Made by a program: the position numbers and the translations under genes. The notes beneath the pieces are model-generated. The model was not told the DNA's origin. It ran no database searches and saw only the letters and a list, made by a program, of their open reading frames with translations. This document shows, piece after piece, positions 1-8,536 of a stretch of 35,548 bases of DNA. Source of the stretch: a virus (taxonomy: Duplodnaviria; Heunggongvirae; Uroviricota; Caudoviricetes); IMG/VR virus record IMGVR_UViG_646564533_000012; one strand, 5' to 3'. Numbering within the stretch: position 1 is the stretch's first letter; every line of letters starts with the position of its first letter.

Positions 1-61
1 GGTATCCGTTCTGCTGAAGTGTCATGGCGTTGATTTTACGGTGACTCTTCGACAGTGAAAA

Positions 62-92
62 GAAAAAAGGCCGCAGAGCGGCCATAAACACA
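62..92 (-). terminator. putative rho-independent terminator downstream of the int-cargo operon
   Basis: GGCCGC-N3-GCGGCC hairpin followed by a T-run when read on the minus strand; coordinates approx. Confidence 0.35.
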
Positions 93-189
93 AACAAAAA
101 TCAATAAGTTAGATAATTATCAAAGACTTACAGACACACAAAAACACAGCCAACCACAACAAATAACAGGGATGTGGTCACTTTGTGGA

Positions 190-606
190 TCATTCGCTCC
201 CCTCTTTTTCCTTATTTCGTTGAACGCCAATTGCGACACACGTACTAAGCAAATCTTTACATTTCTCTACGTCTTCAGACTTACGCAATTTGATGCTTTT
301 TACAGACTGCGGGCTACTGTCCGTAGCACGATACATCGTTATTTCAATATCATTTCGGTCTAAGAGTCCCATAATGGCTTTTGCAACCTCCACACCCTTC
401 TTCGCGAAATCAAAGAACAGAGCAAGTTTATATGGATTTTCGACGGAAAAAACTTCAATTTTGCTAAAACCAACATCGTGTCGAGAAAAATATTGCTCAA
501 CCTCATCTCGAAGTTCTGGATCGCAGACAATGTCTATTCTCCAGTACTGACCTAAATGCAAATCGCTATTAACTGTTTTTTCCACAACATCCTCCTTACC
601 CAGCAA
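190..606 (-). CDS. hypothetical protein, AT-rich cargo gene coupled to int
   Basis: 138-aa track ORF whose start overlaps the int stop; strong AAGGAGG sits at the int stop, with an in-frame GTG about 5 nt downstream (alternative start near 585); visibly lower GC than the phage core; no recognisable motif. Confidence 0.55.
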   Translation of the reverse strand: MLGKEDVVEKTVNSDLHLGQYWRIDIVCDPELRDEVEQYFSRHDVGFSKIEVFSVENPYKLALFFDFAKKGVEVAKAIMGLLDRNDIEITMYRATDSSPQSVKSIKLRKSEDVEKCKDLLSTCVAIGVQRNKEKEGSE

Positions 607-1570
607 TAGGATTAAATCTCACCGCATCCTGCAAGTAATCCGGCGCAAGATGGGCATAAATCATCGTTGTCTGAATCTTTGCGTGCCCCAGAATTTTCTG
701 GAGCGTCAGAATATTGCCGCCGTTCATCATGAAATGACTGGCGAAGGTGTGGCGCAGCGCATGAACAGCCTGGCCGTCAGGAACATCAGGTGCGACCGTT
801 TTGATGACATCGCGAACCAATGGATAATCCAGCGTCGGAAACACCAGTTTCCCGCCCCGTTTTTTGATCTTTTCAAACAGGCTTTCAGAAATAGGAACGG
901 TACGGTTTTTGCTGTTCTTCGTTTTTGAAAAAGTGATTCGACAATGAAGAACACGGCGCTGCTCCAGTGCCGCTACCTCGCCCCATCGCGCCCCGGTCGA
1001 CAGAAGGATTTCGACAGCCAGCCGTTCATCGGGATTTTCAGCCAGTGCATCCAGCAACTGAACACATTCAGACTTACTCAGATATCCCATTTCGCGCTCG
1101 TTAACCTTCATTCCTTTAAGGCCTTGAACGGGGTTATCGTTAAGAAAATGGCCGGATGAGATGAGTGCGGTAAACATCGCGCTTAACGCCCCAATCTCTC
1201 GATTTATGGTGCTGGGCTGTATCCCCTGCTCTATCCTGGACACACGTAGCTCGGTGAGCATCGTTGTATTAAGTTTATGCACGCACGGGTCATCCATTGC
1301 CTCACTCAAGCGCAGCAATTTAAGGCGCGTGTTATGCCCTGACTTCATTAGCTGACCGTGGTATTTCCACCACAAGTCAATAAGCACTGACAGCGGACGG
1401 CGATCAATGGAGTTTCCTTTCCACTCATTGTTATGCTGTTGCGCCAGCACCCACCGCTCATATAAAACTGCATCCGATTTCGTTTTAAATTTTTTACGAA
1501 TGCGTTTGCCTTTACGCCCCTCCGGGCGCATGTCAAGAAGATATCCTCCCGGAATTGATTTTATGCTCAT
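596..1570 (-). CDS. int: site-specific tyrosine integrase (P2 Int family)
   Basis: Track ORF 596..1720 trimmed to the internal Met (MSIKSIPGG...); N-terminus and C-terminal HALRHTFASHF / LGH...T..YAH region align with P2 Int as I recall it. Confidence 0.93.
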   Translation of the reverse strand: MSIKSIPGGYLLDMRPEGRKGKRIRKKFKTKSDAVLYERWVLAQQHNNEWKGNSIDRRPLSVLIDLWWKYHGQLMKSGHNTRLKLLRLSEAMDDPCVHKLNTTMLTELRVSRIEQGIQPSTINREIGALSAMFTALISSGHFLNDNPVQGLKGMKVNEREMGYLSKSECVQLLDALAENPDERLAVEILLSTGARWGEVAALEQRRVLHCRITFSKTKNSKNRTVPISESLFEKIKKRGGKLVFPTLDYPLVRDVIKTVAPDVPDGQAVHALRHTFASHFMMNGGNILTLQKILGHAKIQTTMIYAHLAPDYLQDAVRFNPIAG

Positions 1571-1619
1571 TCGTGAAACCCCAGCGTTACAAGACCACCA
1601 TGCCCCCAGCGTTCCATGA

Positions 1620-1928
1620 TTAGCCGGGCTGTGTGCCAGTCTTGCGGGGTTTTTGAGAAGGCGATGTGCTTTTTGGCCCATCAGGGGAGAGAGACGGACT
1701 GATCTGCCCAGCAGCCTCATTTGTTTTTCCCGTCATAAGCCAATTCATGTACTTAAAAAAGCGAGGGTGATTAACAATCTTGATAAGCACTTCGCCCCCT
1801 ATGTTTTCAATCCGCCCCGTTTCATAACGACGCAAAGTGCCGATAGGCACATCAATCAGGCCGCAAAATTCTTCGCGCGTTAAATCCTCTGATTCACGAA
1901 TCACTCTAATTTTTTCACCGATAAGCAT
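1620..1928 (-). CDS. C: immunity repressor (P2 C-like HTH protein)
   Basis: Track ORF trimmed to Met13 (MLIGEKIRV...), about 103 aa; HTH segment and C-terminal FFKYMNWLMTG...GQISP resemble P2 C; divergent from the early operon. Confidence 0.85.
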   Translation of the reverse strand: MLIGEKIRVIRESEDLTREEFCGLIDVPIGTLRRYETGRIENIGGEVLIKIVNHPRFFKYMNWLMTGKTNEAAGQISPSLSPDGPKSTSPSQKPRKTGTQPG

Positions 1929-2024
1929 TGACAGTGTTCCTATAAGTACACTAAGCTTGCGCACAAGGTGTACTTATAAGTACACCAGGTCACAAACAAC
2001 CACAGATAGCGCAGGTTATCACAC
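1929..2024. promoter_or_regulatory. immunity switch region with divergent promoters and operators
   Basis: Perfect 18-bp palindrome GTGTACTTATAAGTACAC (approx 1968..1985) plus an upstream half-site TATAAGTACAC (approx 1941..1951); TTGACA near 1929; TATAAG looks like a -10 element. Confidence 0.55.
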
Positions 2025-2303
2025 ATGGCAAAAGTCCTGAACACACACGAACAGGCAGACTTTGAGCGTTTAGCAGCGTTCTATCCCTACCGCGATGAGC
2101 ATGGGTTACCAGTACTTGAAGAAAGCCTGAAAGATTACGCAAAGCGTACCAACCAAGCTGTTAACACAGTGAAAAGACAGGCTGACAGAGGTTCAATTCC
2201 CATCAACCAGGATGAAAAGAACTCAAGACGCACAGTAAATCTCTTCGCTCTTTTCCTGAAAACAATCAGGAGCGCAGAAAAATACGTGCAGATGACAAAA
2301 TAA
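2025..2303 (+). CDS. Cox/Apl-position small DNA-binding protein (excisionase/regulator candidate)
   Basis: 92-aa first gene of the rightward early operon, divergent from C; assignment is positional, I do not see clear similarity to P2 Cox. Confidence 0.5.
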   Translation: MAKVLNTHEQADFERLAAFYPYRDEHGLPVLEESLKDYAKRTNQAVNTVKRQADRGSIPINQDEKNSRRTVNLFALFLKTIRSAEKYVQMTK

Positions 2304-2317
2304 CGAGGTGTCATTTT

Positions 2318-2656
2318 ATGCTGAAGCAACGCCGTAATTTTCGTACCGGAACAGAACGCCACGCTAACCGTTTCACTACCAGTGCATCACGCAGCAACAT
2401 CCGCTACAGCCTGAGTGATACACACGCAACGCCGGATGGCTACCCAGTAAAACAAATCGGCGAGCACGCCTGGCTGATTGAGAAAGCTGGAATCGTGATC
2501 CACAAATGCCCACGCAATCCGTTTACCGGAAACCGCATTTTTGCATTGAGCTGTGGCGACAATCAGTTCGGGCAGGATTTCACATTATACGAAGCACTTC
2601 GCACGGTTGATCGTCTGCTTCGCGGGCAGAGTTTTATTAAACAGGCTGATTTATAA
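2318..2656 (+). CDS. hypothetical early protein
   Basis: 112-aa ORF with GAGGTG upstream, co-oriented in the early operon. Confidence 0.5.
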   Translation: MLKQRRNFRTGTERHANRFTTSASRSNIRYSLSDTHATPDGYPVKQIGEHAWLIEKAGIVIHKCPRNPFTGNRIFALSCGDNQFGQDFTLYEALRTVDRLLRGQSFIKQADL

Positions 2657-2666
2657 CGGGTGCTTT

Positions 2667-2954
2667 ATGACCAAAGACCATGCACAAGGTGTATTTATCC
2701 GTTTTATTGATTTTCGCGGTGAACTGTTATTACGTGCATCCGCTATTGACGGAGTGACTCCGGCGGGTAAAAACGGAGCCGACGAAGCCACTTACGTTTA
2801 TCTGAACGGCACGCGACTGCTTGTGGAACTTCCGTACCAGACCGTACGAGAAATCATTAGCGAAGCTGAAAAGGCACGCCAAGTTAATGGCGATGAACCC
2901 TATATCGAAATTATTTGTATGGATTCAGAAGCTGAAATACAGAAAGCAGATTAA
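2667..2954 (+). CDS. hypothetical early protein
   Basis: Track ORF 2553..2954 trimmed to the Met just after the upstream stop (MTKDHAQGV...), about 95 aa. Confidence 0.45.
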   Translation: MTKDHAQGVFIRFIDFRGELLLRASAIDGVTPAGKNGADEATYVYLNGTRLLVELPYQTVREIISEAEKARQVNGDEPYIEIICMDSEAEIQKAD

Positions 2955-2965
2955 AGGGTGTTGCA

Positions 2966-3208
2966 ATGGACAAAGAATATAAAACACTCATCAACAAAGC
3001 ACTTGAGCGTTTCTATTTTCGCTTAAGTGCATCAGGCGTTCATGCTGAACGTGCAGCCCGTGACTCATTGACCAGGGCAATCCGGAGTCTGTATGACGTG
3101 GCTTTTTACGCTGATGATCTGGATGCACTTAACGAACTTTCCGAGCTGATCTGTGCCGCAGAATGCGGAGAACATATTGAACCGTATAAGCTGGGGAATA
3201 TCGCATGA
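2966..3208 (+). CDS. hypothetical early protein
   Basis: 80-aa ORF in the early operon. Confidence 0.5.
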   Translation: MDKEYKTLINKALERFYFRLSASGVHAERAARDSLTRAIRSLYDVAFYADDLDALNELSELICAAECGEHIEPYKLGNIA

Positions 3209-3318
3209 GTATATTTATCTCATGGCTTGTTCTGATTATTTCGGTGGCCTGCGCCATTGGGATTATGCGAATTATTAATTCAGTGAAAAAGATCGAGCGT
3301 TTTTTCTCTGATGAATAA
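3205..3318 (+). CDS. small hydrophobic membrane peptide (37 aa)
   Basis: ATGA stop/start overlap with the upstream ORF; reads MSIFISWLVLIISVACAIGIMRIINSVKKIERFFSDE with one predicted TM helix; below the track size cut-off; coordinates approx. Confidence 0.4.
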   Translation: MSIFISWLVLIISVACAIGIMRIINSVKKIERFFSDE

Positions 3319-3411
3319 CGATACAAATAAAACATCAAATTAAATAAGAAAACGTGAAAACCATCCGTATTAACGGAGGTATTCGCACACGCAAATAACG
3401 GAGATACAAAA

Positions 3412-3822
3412 ATGCACGCAAAAGAAGAAGGTATCATCAGAGCACTGAAAGAAATTTCAAAGATGGAAAGCGAAGTAGCGAAAAAAGCCGTGGCCAATGC
3501 TCGCATGGACGTCGCAACCCACACAATGATAGTCGCAAAAGTCACGGCAGAAGCTGCCAAAATCATCGAAGAACAGGGTGTGGAACTTGCGCTTCTCAAA
3601 ACTAAACCAGTCACCGGACTGGATTTATCTGACACCGGACGCCTTATTTACACTATTGGCTCGGAGCCACAGCGATACACCATTATCGCCGGATTACAGA
3701 ACAAATACCTGATCACTCCTCACCCCATAAGGGAATCAGCGCTTCTGACAAATCTCCGCCTGATAGAGCGCTCTCAAGTTGCATTCATTGATGACGCCCG
3801 ACACACCGTATTTAACGCATAG
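3412..3822 (+). CDS. hypothetical early protein
   Basis: 136-aa ORF with GGAG upstream. Confidence 0.55.
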   Translation: MHAKEEGIIRALKEISKMESEVAKKAVANARMDVATHTMIVAKVTAEAAKIIEEQGVELALLKTKPVTGLDLSDTGRLIYTIGSEPQRYTIIAGLQNKYLITPHPIRESALLTNLRLIERSQVAFIDDARHTVFNA

Positions 3823-3845
3823 GGTTACTGGACAAAGGGGGTGCA

Positions 3846-4049
3846 ATGGCAATTAAGCATTTTCCCGTCGTTCGCTTTACCTCCAGAGGGCGCGAATACG
3901 AGGTCGACGAACGCCTGATTACCACTATCGACAAACATCGTTCGGAAAAGGATGCACACCACATCTACCTCACTGACGGCACTTACTTCTGCGCCACCAA
4001 CGTGGCGCGGGTGAATCTTATCCGACAGGTACAGGAGCCACGCAGATGA
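3846..4049 (+). CDS. hypothetical early protein
   Basis: 67-aa ORF, start/stop overlap with the next ORF. Confidence 0.45.
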   Translation: MAIKHFPVVRFTSRGREYEVDERLITTIDKHRSEKDAHHIYLTDGTYFCATNVARVNLIRQVQEPRR

Positions 4050-4312
4050 CCATTCTGGACTACATCGCTACTCATCCGGGTTGTAGCGGCGGAGAGATCG
4101 CCGCAGCACTGAATACTCCAACCACAGCCATTAATGCTGAGTTACGCCAACTTTGGCGCGGCGGCTTAGTCATCAGAACAAACCGCAGCACAGGTGGTCG
4201 CGCTCGCAAAACTGGAGGCCAGGCTTCTTACCACGTAAACCCGATGCCGTTCGGGTGTAGCAATCCACTTACTCACATGTTTAACCAGCTACTGAAGGAA
4301 GCCAGAACATGA
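4046..4312 (+). CDS. putative winged-helix DNA-binding protein
   Basis: 88 aa; segment GGEIAAALNTPTTAINAELRQLWRGGLV reads like a wHTH recognition helix and wing; translationally coupled on both sides. Confidence 0.5.
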   Translation: MTILDYIATHPGCSGGEIAAALNTPTTAINAELRQLWRGGLVIRTNRSTGGRARKTGGQASYHVNPMPFGCSNPLTHMFNQLLKEART

Positions 4313-4608
4313 GCACCATCAACCACCAGAAGCTACGCGAACTGGCATTTGCCCTGCAACGAATGGCAACGCCTCAAAAATTACTGGCGTTTCGCGCAAT
4401 GCTCTCGCCGTCTGCTGTGCTGGCACTGCTGGATGAGCTGGAGCACGCCAGAACCACGGCTCCTGCCATTCGCCTGACACTCCATCATGAAATCGCTGAT
4501 TTCTGCGCAACGTTGGAGGCACCCGGCGAACCGGAAACGCCGGAAGCAATACAGCAAGAGCTGCTGCAACGCATTGACAAGGTTTTTGATTTTTTTCTGA
4601 ACCAGTAA
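4309..4608 (+). CDS. hypothetical early protein
   Basis: 99-aa ORF coupled to the upstream gene. Confidence 0.5.
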   Translation: MSTINHQKLRELAFALQRMATPQKLLAFRAMLSPSAVLALLDELEHARTTAPAIRLTLHHEIADFCATLEAPGEPETPEAIQQELLQRIDKVFDFFLNQ

Positions 4609-4930
4609 GAAACCAGAACATGCACACACAAAAAAACCGCTTGCCATGCCGCAATCGGTCAGGTTACATTTCCGCTGCACCTCATAAAACGGGTGCCGGG
4701 ATTCTCAACCCGATACAGAGCAAAGCGCATAACCGCGCCAGCGGTTTTTTTGTGCGTACTGTATTGCCACGTCTTTTTCGCGTCAGAATTATGGCGGGGC
4801 GTACGGGGCCGACTTCGGTCGGGCCGGATTCTTTGCTCTCCGGTGTTGAGAACCCTGTACGTCTCGCCACCCCGAGATTCTCAACTCTGGATGGTGAGCT
4901 ATTTCTATCACCGAGCAAAGAGGCCACACC
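4609..4930 (+). ncRNA. structured non-coding region (candidate small RNA or protein-binding array)
   Basis: About 320 bp with no credible ORF between coupled early genes; UUCG-loop hairpin (approx 4807..4825); three copies of TTCTCAAC, two direct and one inverted (approx 4702, 4845, 4878). Confidence 0.3.
4731..4753 (+). terminator. putative intrinsic terminator inside the early region
   Basis: AACCGC-GCCA-GCGGTT hairpin followed by TTTTTTTG; coordinates approx. Confidence 0.35.
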
Positions 4931-5161
4931 ATGGCAAACCGCAAACAACAGCGCGCATACGCTGCGCGTCGTCACATCCAGACTGAAATCAACCGTAGAC
5001 TTTTCCGCGCATCACGCGTCGCGCAAATCATGCACATCAATATGCTGCATGAGCGCAGCCACGCACTATCAAACATTTATTCCGCCTCTGTTTTCAGTTA
5101 TCTGGCGGATGATCTGCACGAGCTTCAACAGCTCATCCAGCAGCAAAACAAACTCCATTAA
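4931..5161 (+). CDS. hypothetical small basic protein
   Basis: 76-aa ORF with AAGAGG upstream. Confidence 0.45.
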   Translation: MANRKQQRAYAARRHIQTEINRRLFRASRVAQIMHINMLHERSHALSNIYSASVFSYLADDLHELQQLIQQQNKLH

Positions 5162-5233
5162 TTCCTGTTCCGGGCCTTTCCTGCACCTTGCGGCGGGAGG
5201 CCTTCGCACATCTGTAGTAAAGAGAATTGCAGC

Positions 5234-5623
5234 ATGATTGACGCTCATGACTTCACAAGATGGGTGCGCACACAGGACACCCGTCTGGCTCCCGTTCTTC
5301 AGGGATTATTTGATCTCTACATCCGTGGTCGTGACAACAGAGCACACACCACAAAACCGGAAAATGCAGACACCCTTTATTTCACAGTAGACGACTGCTA
5401 CCGCGTGGACTTCACACCACACGGGCTGGCGTTGCATTGCCTGACACCACACGGAGAATCACTGCTGGCGTATTACGACTCCCCGGCCTCCGTATTTGCG
5501 GCAATGCTGGCGCATCGCACTGCTGGCGGGTGTGCCTCGCTGAGTGAATACACCGCTGAATTTAACCGCCTTTCTGCCCTCTTCTCGCAGGAGTGGCAGC
5601 GCGTGACGGGATACCAGCCATGA
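5234..5623 (+). CDS. hypothetical protein coupled to A
   Basis: 129-aa ORF whose stop overlaps the A start (ATGA). Confidence 0.55.
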   Translation: MIDAHDFTRWVRTQDTRLAPVLQGLFDLYIRGRDNRAHTTKPENADTLYFTVDDCYRVDFTPHGLALHCLTPHGESLLAYYDSPASVFAAMLAHRTAGGCASLSEYTAEFNRLSALFSQEWQRVTGYQP

Positions 5624-8460
5624 GTGAGTTTGCATGGAGCTGGAATGAACCACGGCCAGCCATTGATCCGGCCAGATTTACGGAGCACAGGCAGGAAACT
5701 GAAACCGACCTACAACGCGCCATCCGTTACTACCTTGAGGCAGACAAAAAGGCTCTGGAAGAACAGGAAGCGAAGGAGGAAGCCTTTTTCGCACAATCCA
5801 CCGTGGGTAAAAAACTCATGGCATCCCTTGAGGAAGCCGGACAGCGTGAAAAGCTGGCACAAAGCATCATCAGCAAGCGTCAGGCAACAGAACAAGACCC
5901 GGTGGCCCGTGCTTTTGCCACACTGAAGGTGCTTCCCGTTTATCTGCGTGAACCTCTGAGCCGCCACCTCTCTTTCCTGCGCAAAAAACAGGAAGCCGAT
6001 CGCCAGAAAGGCAAAAAGAGCTGGCAGGCTGAACGCTACGCGCGCGGAACCCTGCGCAAAATATTCGAACGCCTGGACCGCACCGATCACCGCTGGCTGA
6101 CACCGGGTTATCGCTCCCTTGCCGGACGCGAACGCCTGGACGATTTGCTTTACCTGCCGCAGCTCAACAAACACCAGATACAGACGCTGGCCACCATGAC
6201 GGCGGCGATGTTCAGCAGCACCTTCGAAAAACTCTGCGATGGCTTTGGTGCGACTGATGGCGAACTGACCATGGATGTAACGCTGAAGGCGTATCAGATG
6301 CTGGCCCGCATGGCGTTACACCTGCACGCCATGCCTCCACATTATGACGCACTGACAACAGACAAAGACCGGAGGAACGAACCGGACACGGAGCTGCTGC
6401 CGGGCGCAACCCTTCGCCTGACCTGTGCGGAATGGTGGAAACGCAAACTGTGGCTGTTACGTTGCGAGTGGAGAGAAGAACAACTCCGCGCCGCCTGTCT
6501 GGTTTCCAGAAAAACATCACCCTATCTGAGCCAGGACGCGTTAAGCGAGTTTCGCGCACAGCGCGAGAAAACACGCGATTTCCTGAAAAGTTTCATGCTG
6601 GAAAACGAAGACGGGTTCACGATTGATCTCGAGACAGTGTATTACGCGGGAGTAAGTAACCCGGTTCACCGTAAGGCAGAAATGATGGCCACCATGAAGG
6701 GGCTGGAACTTCTGGCCGAAGCCCGTGGCGACAAAGCGGTGTTTCTGACTGTCACCTGCCCGTCAAAATACCACGCCACAACAGAGAACGGTCATCCGAA
6801 TCCCAAATGGAACGGGGCCACCATGCGCGACTCCAGCGATTACCTGGTTAACACGTTTTTTGCGGCGGTCCGCAAGAAACTGAACCGCGACGGCCTGCGC
6901 TGGTATGGCATCCGCACAGTGGAGCCTCACCATGACGGCACCGTGCACTGGCATATGATGGTCTTTGCTCATCCGGAAGAAATCGACACCATTGTGTCCC
7001 ACACCCGCGATATTGCCATTCAGGAAGACCGCCACGAGCTGGGCAATGATATTACTCCGCGCTTTAAGGTGGAGTATGTCGACGGCTCAAAAGGCACGCC
7101 AACCAGCTACATCGCCACCTACATCGGAAAGAACCTGGACAGCCGCGCCGTGGATGGCATCGACCCGAAAACGGGCAAGCCACGCGTTGACCACGAAACC
7201 GGAAAATCAATGGCCGAGAGCGTGGAACGCGCCATCGGCTGGGCACGCCTTCACCGGGTCCGCCAGTTCCAGTTCTTTGGCATCCCCTCCCGTCAGGTAT
7301 GGCGTGAACTCCGCCGCCTTGCCAGCCAGATGGCACGCAACCCGGAAGGCCCACAACGGCTGAAGGATGATGCAATGGATGCGGTACTCGCTGCCGCTGA
7401 TGCCGGGTGTTTTGCCACCTACATTGAGAAACAGGGCGGCGTACTTGTTCCACGCAAAGACTACCTGATTCGCACCGCCTACGACCTCGCAGATGAGCTG
7501 AACGATTACGGCGAACAGAGCGTACAGATTTACGGGATCTGGTCACCACTCATCGGGGAATCCTCCCGTGTGTGCACGCACCCGGATAACTGGAAGCTGG
7601 TAAGACGTAAACCGGAAGCGGAAGACAGCACCCGCGAAAATGGTTTTGACCTTCAGGGCGGCCCTGCCGCCCCTTGGACTCGTGGCAATAACTGTCCCCG
7701 TGTACAGGAAACGGACAACAACGGGACAGAACAGCCGGAAGAACGGCCAGCACCGTGGCCGCAGCTCCCTGACGGCGTTGATGTGGATGAATGGATGCGC
7801 TCACTGAAACGGCACGAACGCCGGGCGCTGATGCGTTCGCTTCGTGACAAACAGGCAAAAAACAGCAGTGATGAAATGCAGAGCTGGACACAGAGCCGCA
7901 AACAGCAGCGGCCTTTGCCTGATAACCACGAATTACTCGCTAAAGAATGGCGGGAGTCTGCTGAATCTCTCGGCCTGCATATCGGTGAACAACAGATGCA
8001 GCACCTGTTACGGGGCGGCAGTCTGTACGTTGACGGCAGCATCATTGCACCGCAGGGATTTGAAATTGTACGCAAACCGGATACCCGCCCGGACAGCCGA
8101 ATCACGCAGCTCTGGCAGCGCCTGAGCCGTAATCATGGCGTAAGCAGCACGGAGATCCGCCATAACCCGGTCGCCAGCTATCTGACACAGCTGGAGGCAT
8201 CAGACCCTGAAGCCGCCGCACGCCTGGCATCCACACTTCAGCAGGACCAGAACACCATGAAAACACCCGTTACCGTGCTTTCTGACATGCTGCGCGCCAT
8301 CCGCGACGCAGAGCACGCACAGAGAATCAGTGAAACCACTGAACGCGCCCGCCGCAAAGCAGACCTGCTGCGGGGTGGCCTGACCAGTGGAAACAAAAAA
8401 CAGACAGAAACGGGACTCACGAATCCCGCAAATGAGCAAAAAACGCGCAGCGATATATGA
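5620..8460 (+). CDS. A: replication initiation endonuclease A (rolling-circle, HUH superfamily)
   Basis: Track ORF trimmed to MSEFAWSW; HUH-type motif HWHMMVF and paired catalytic tyrosines in TPTSYIATYIGK; about 946 aa with a long low-complexity C-terminal extension. Confidence 0.93.
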   Translation: MSEFAWSWNEPRPAIDPARFTEHRQETETDLQRAIRYYLEADKKALEEQEAKEEAFFAQSTVGKKLMASLEEAGQREKLAQSIISKRQATEQDPVARAFATLKVLPVYLREPLSRHLSFLRKKQEADRQKGKKSWQAERYARGTLRKIFERLDRTDHRWLTPGYRSLAGRERLDDLLYLPQLNKHQIQTLATMTAAMFSSTFEKLCDGFGATDGELTMDVTLKAYQMLARMALHLHAMPPHYDALTTDKDRRNEPDTELLPGATLRLTCAEWWKRKLWLLRCEWREEQLRAACLVSRKTSPYLSQDALSEFRAQREKTRDFLKSFMLENEDGFTIDLETVYYAGVSNPVHRKAEMMATMKGLELLAEARGDKAVFLTVTCPSKYHATTENGHPNPKWNGATMRDSSDYLVNTFFAAVRKKLNRDGLRWYGIRTVEPHHDGTVHWHMMVFAHPEEIDTIVSHTRDIAIQEDRHELGNDITPRFKVEYVDGSKGTPTSYIATYIGKNLDSRAVDGIDPKTGKPRVDHETGKSMAESVERAIGWARLHRVRQFQFFGIPSRQVWRELRRLASQMARNPEGPQRLKDDAMDAVLAAADAGCFATYIEKQGGVLVPRKDYLIRTAYDLADELNDYGEQSVQIYGIWSPLIGESSRVCTHPDNWKLVRRKPEAEDSTRENGFDLQGGPAAPWTRGNNCPRVQETDNNGTEQPEERPAPWPQLPDGVDVDEWMRSLKRHERRALMRSLRDKQAKNSSDEMQSWTQSRKQQRPLPDNHELLAKEWRESAESLGLHIGEQQMQHLLRGGSLYVDGSIIAPQGFEIVRKPDTRPDSRITQLWQRLSRNHGVSSTEIRHNPVASYLTQLEASDPEAAARLASTLQQDQNTMKTPVTVLSDMLRAIRDAEHAQRISETTERARRKADLLRGGLTSGNKKQTETGLTNPANEQKTRSDI

Positions 8461-8501
8461 AGCGCGCACAAAACAGGCAAAAACGGGATTTCAGAATCCC
8501 G
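8411..8501. repeat. two near-identical 18-bp palindromes (CGGGAYTC-N2-GAATCCCG), about 73 bp apart, at the A/parM junction
   Basis: Approx 8411..8428 and 8484..8501, each within a longer conserved direct repeat; candidate ParR-binding centromere/operator, or minus-strand terminators. Confidence 0.45.
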
Positions 8502-8536
8502 TAAACGATTAATTAATCAACATAAGGAAAAGCGAC

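Noticed and set aside
3129-3635. 168-aa minus-strand ORF across the early region
   Set aside because: Antisense to several coupled plus-strand early genes, no ribosome-binding site, low-complexity translation; most likely a frame artifact.
4609-4930. Retron-like msr/msd or type III antitoxin RNA
   Set aside because: No reverse transcriptase gene and no tandem ~36-nt repeat array or adjacent toxin gene; kept only as a generic structured RNA candidate.
4620-5237. 205-aa plus-strand ORF covering the non-coding island and orf76
   Set aside because: Runs through terminator and hairpin structures and overlaps a better-supported 76-aa gene that has its own AAGAGG site; translation is Arg/Ser-rich and low complexity.
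7064-8105. Minus-strand ORFs of 161, 113 and 150 aa inside gene A
   Set aside because: Fully embedded antisense in a well-supported A coding region; Cys/Arg-rich translations typical of GC-rich antisense frames.
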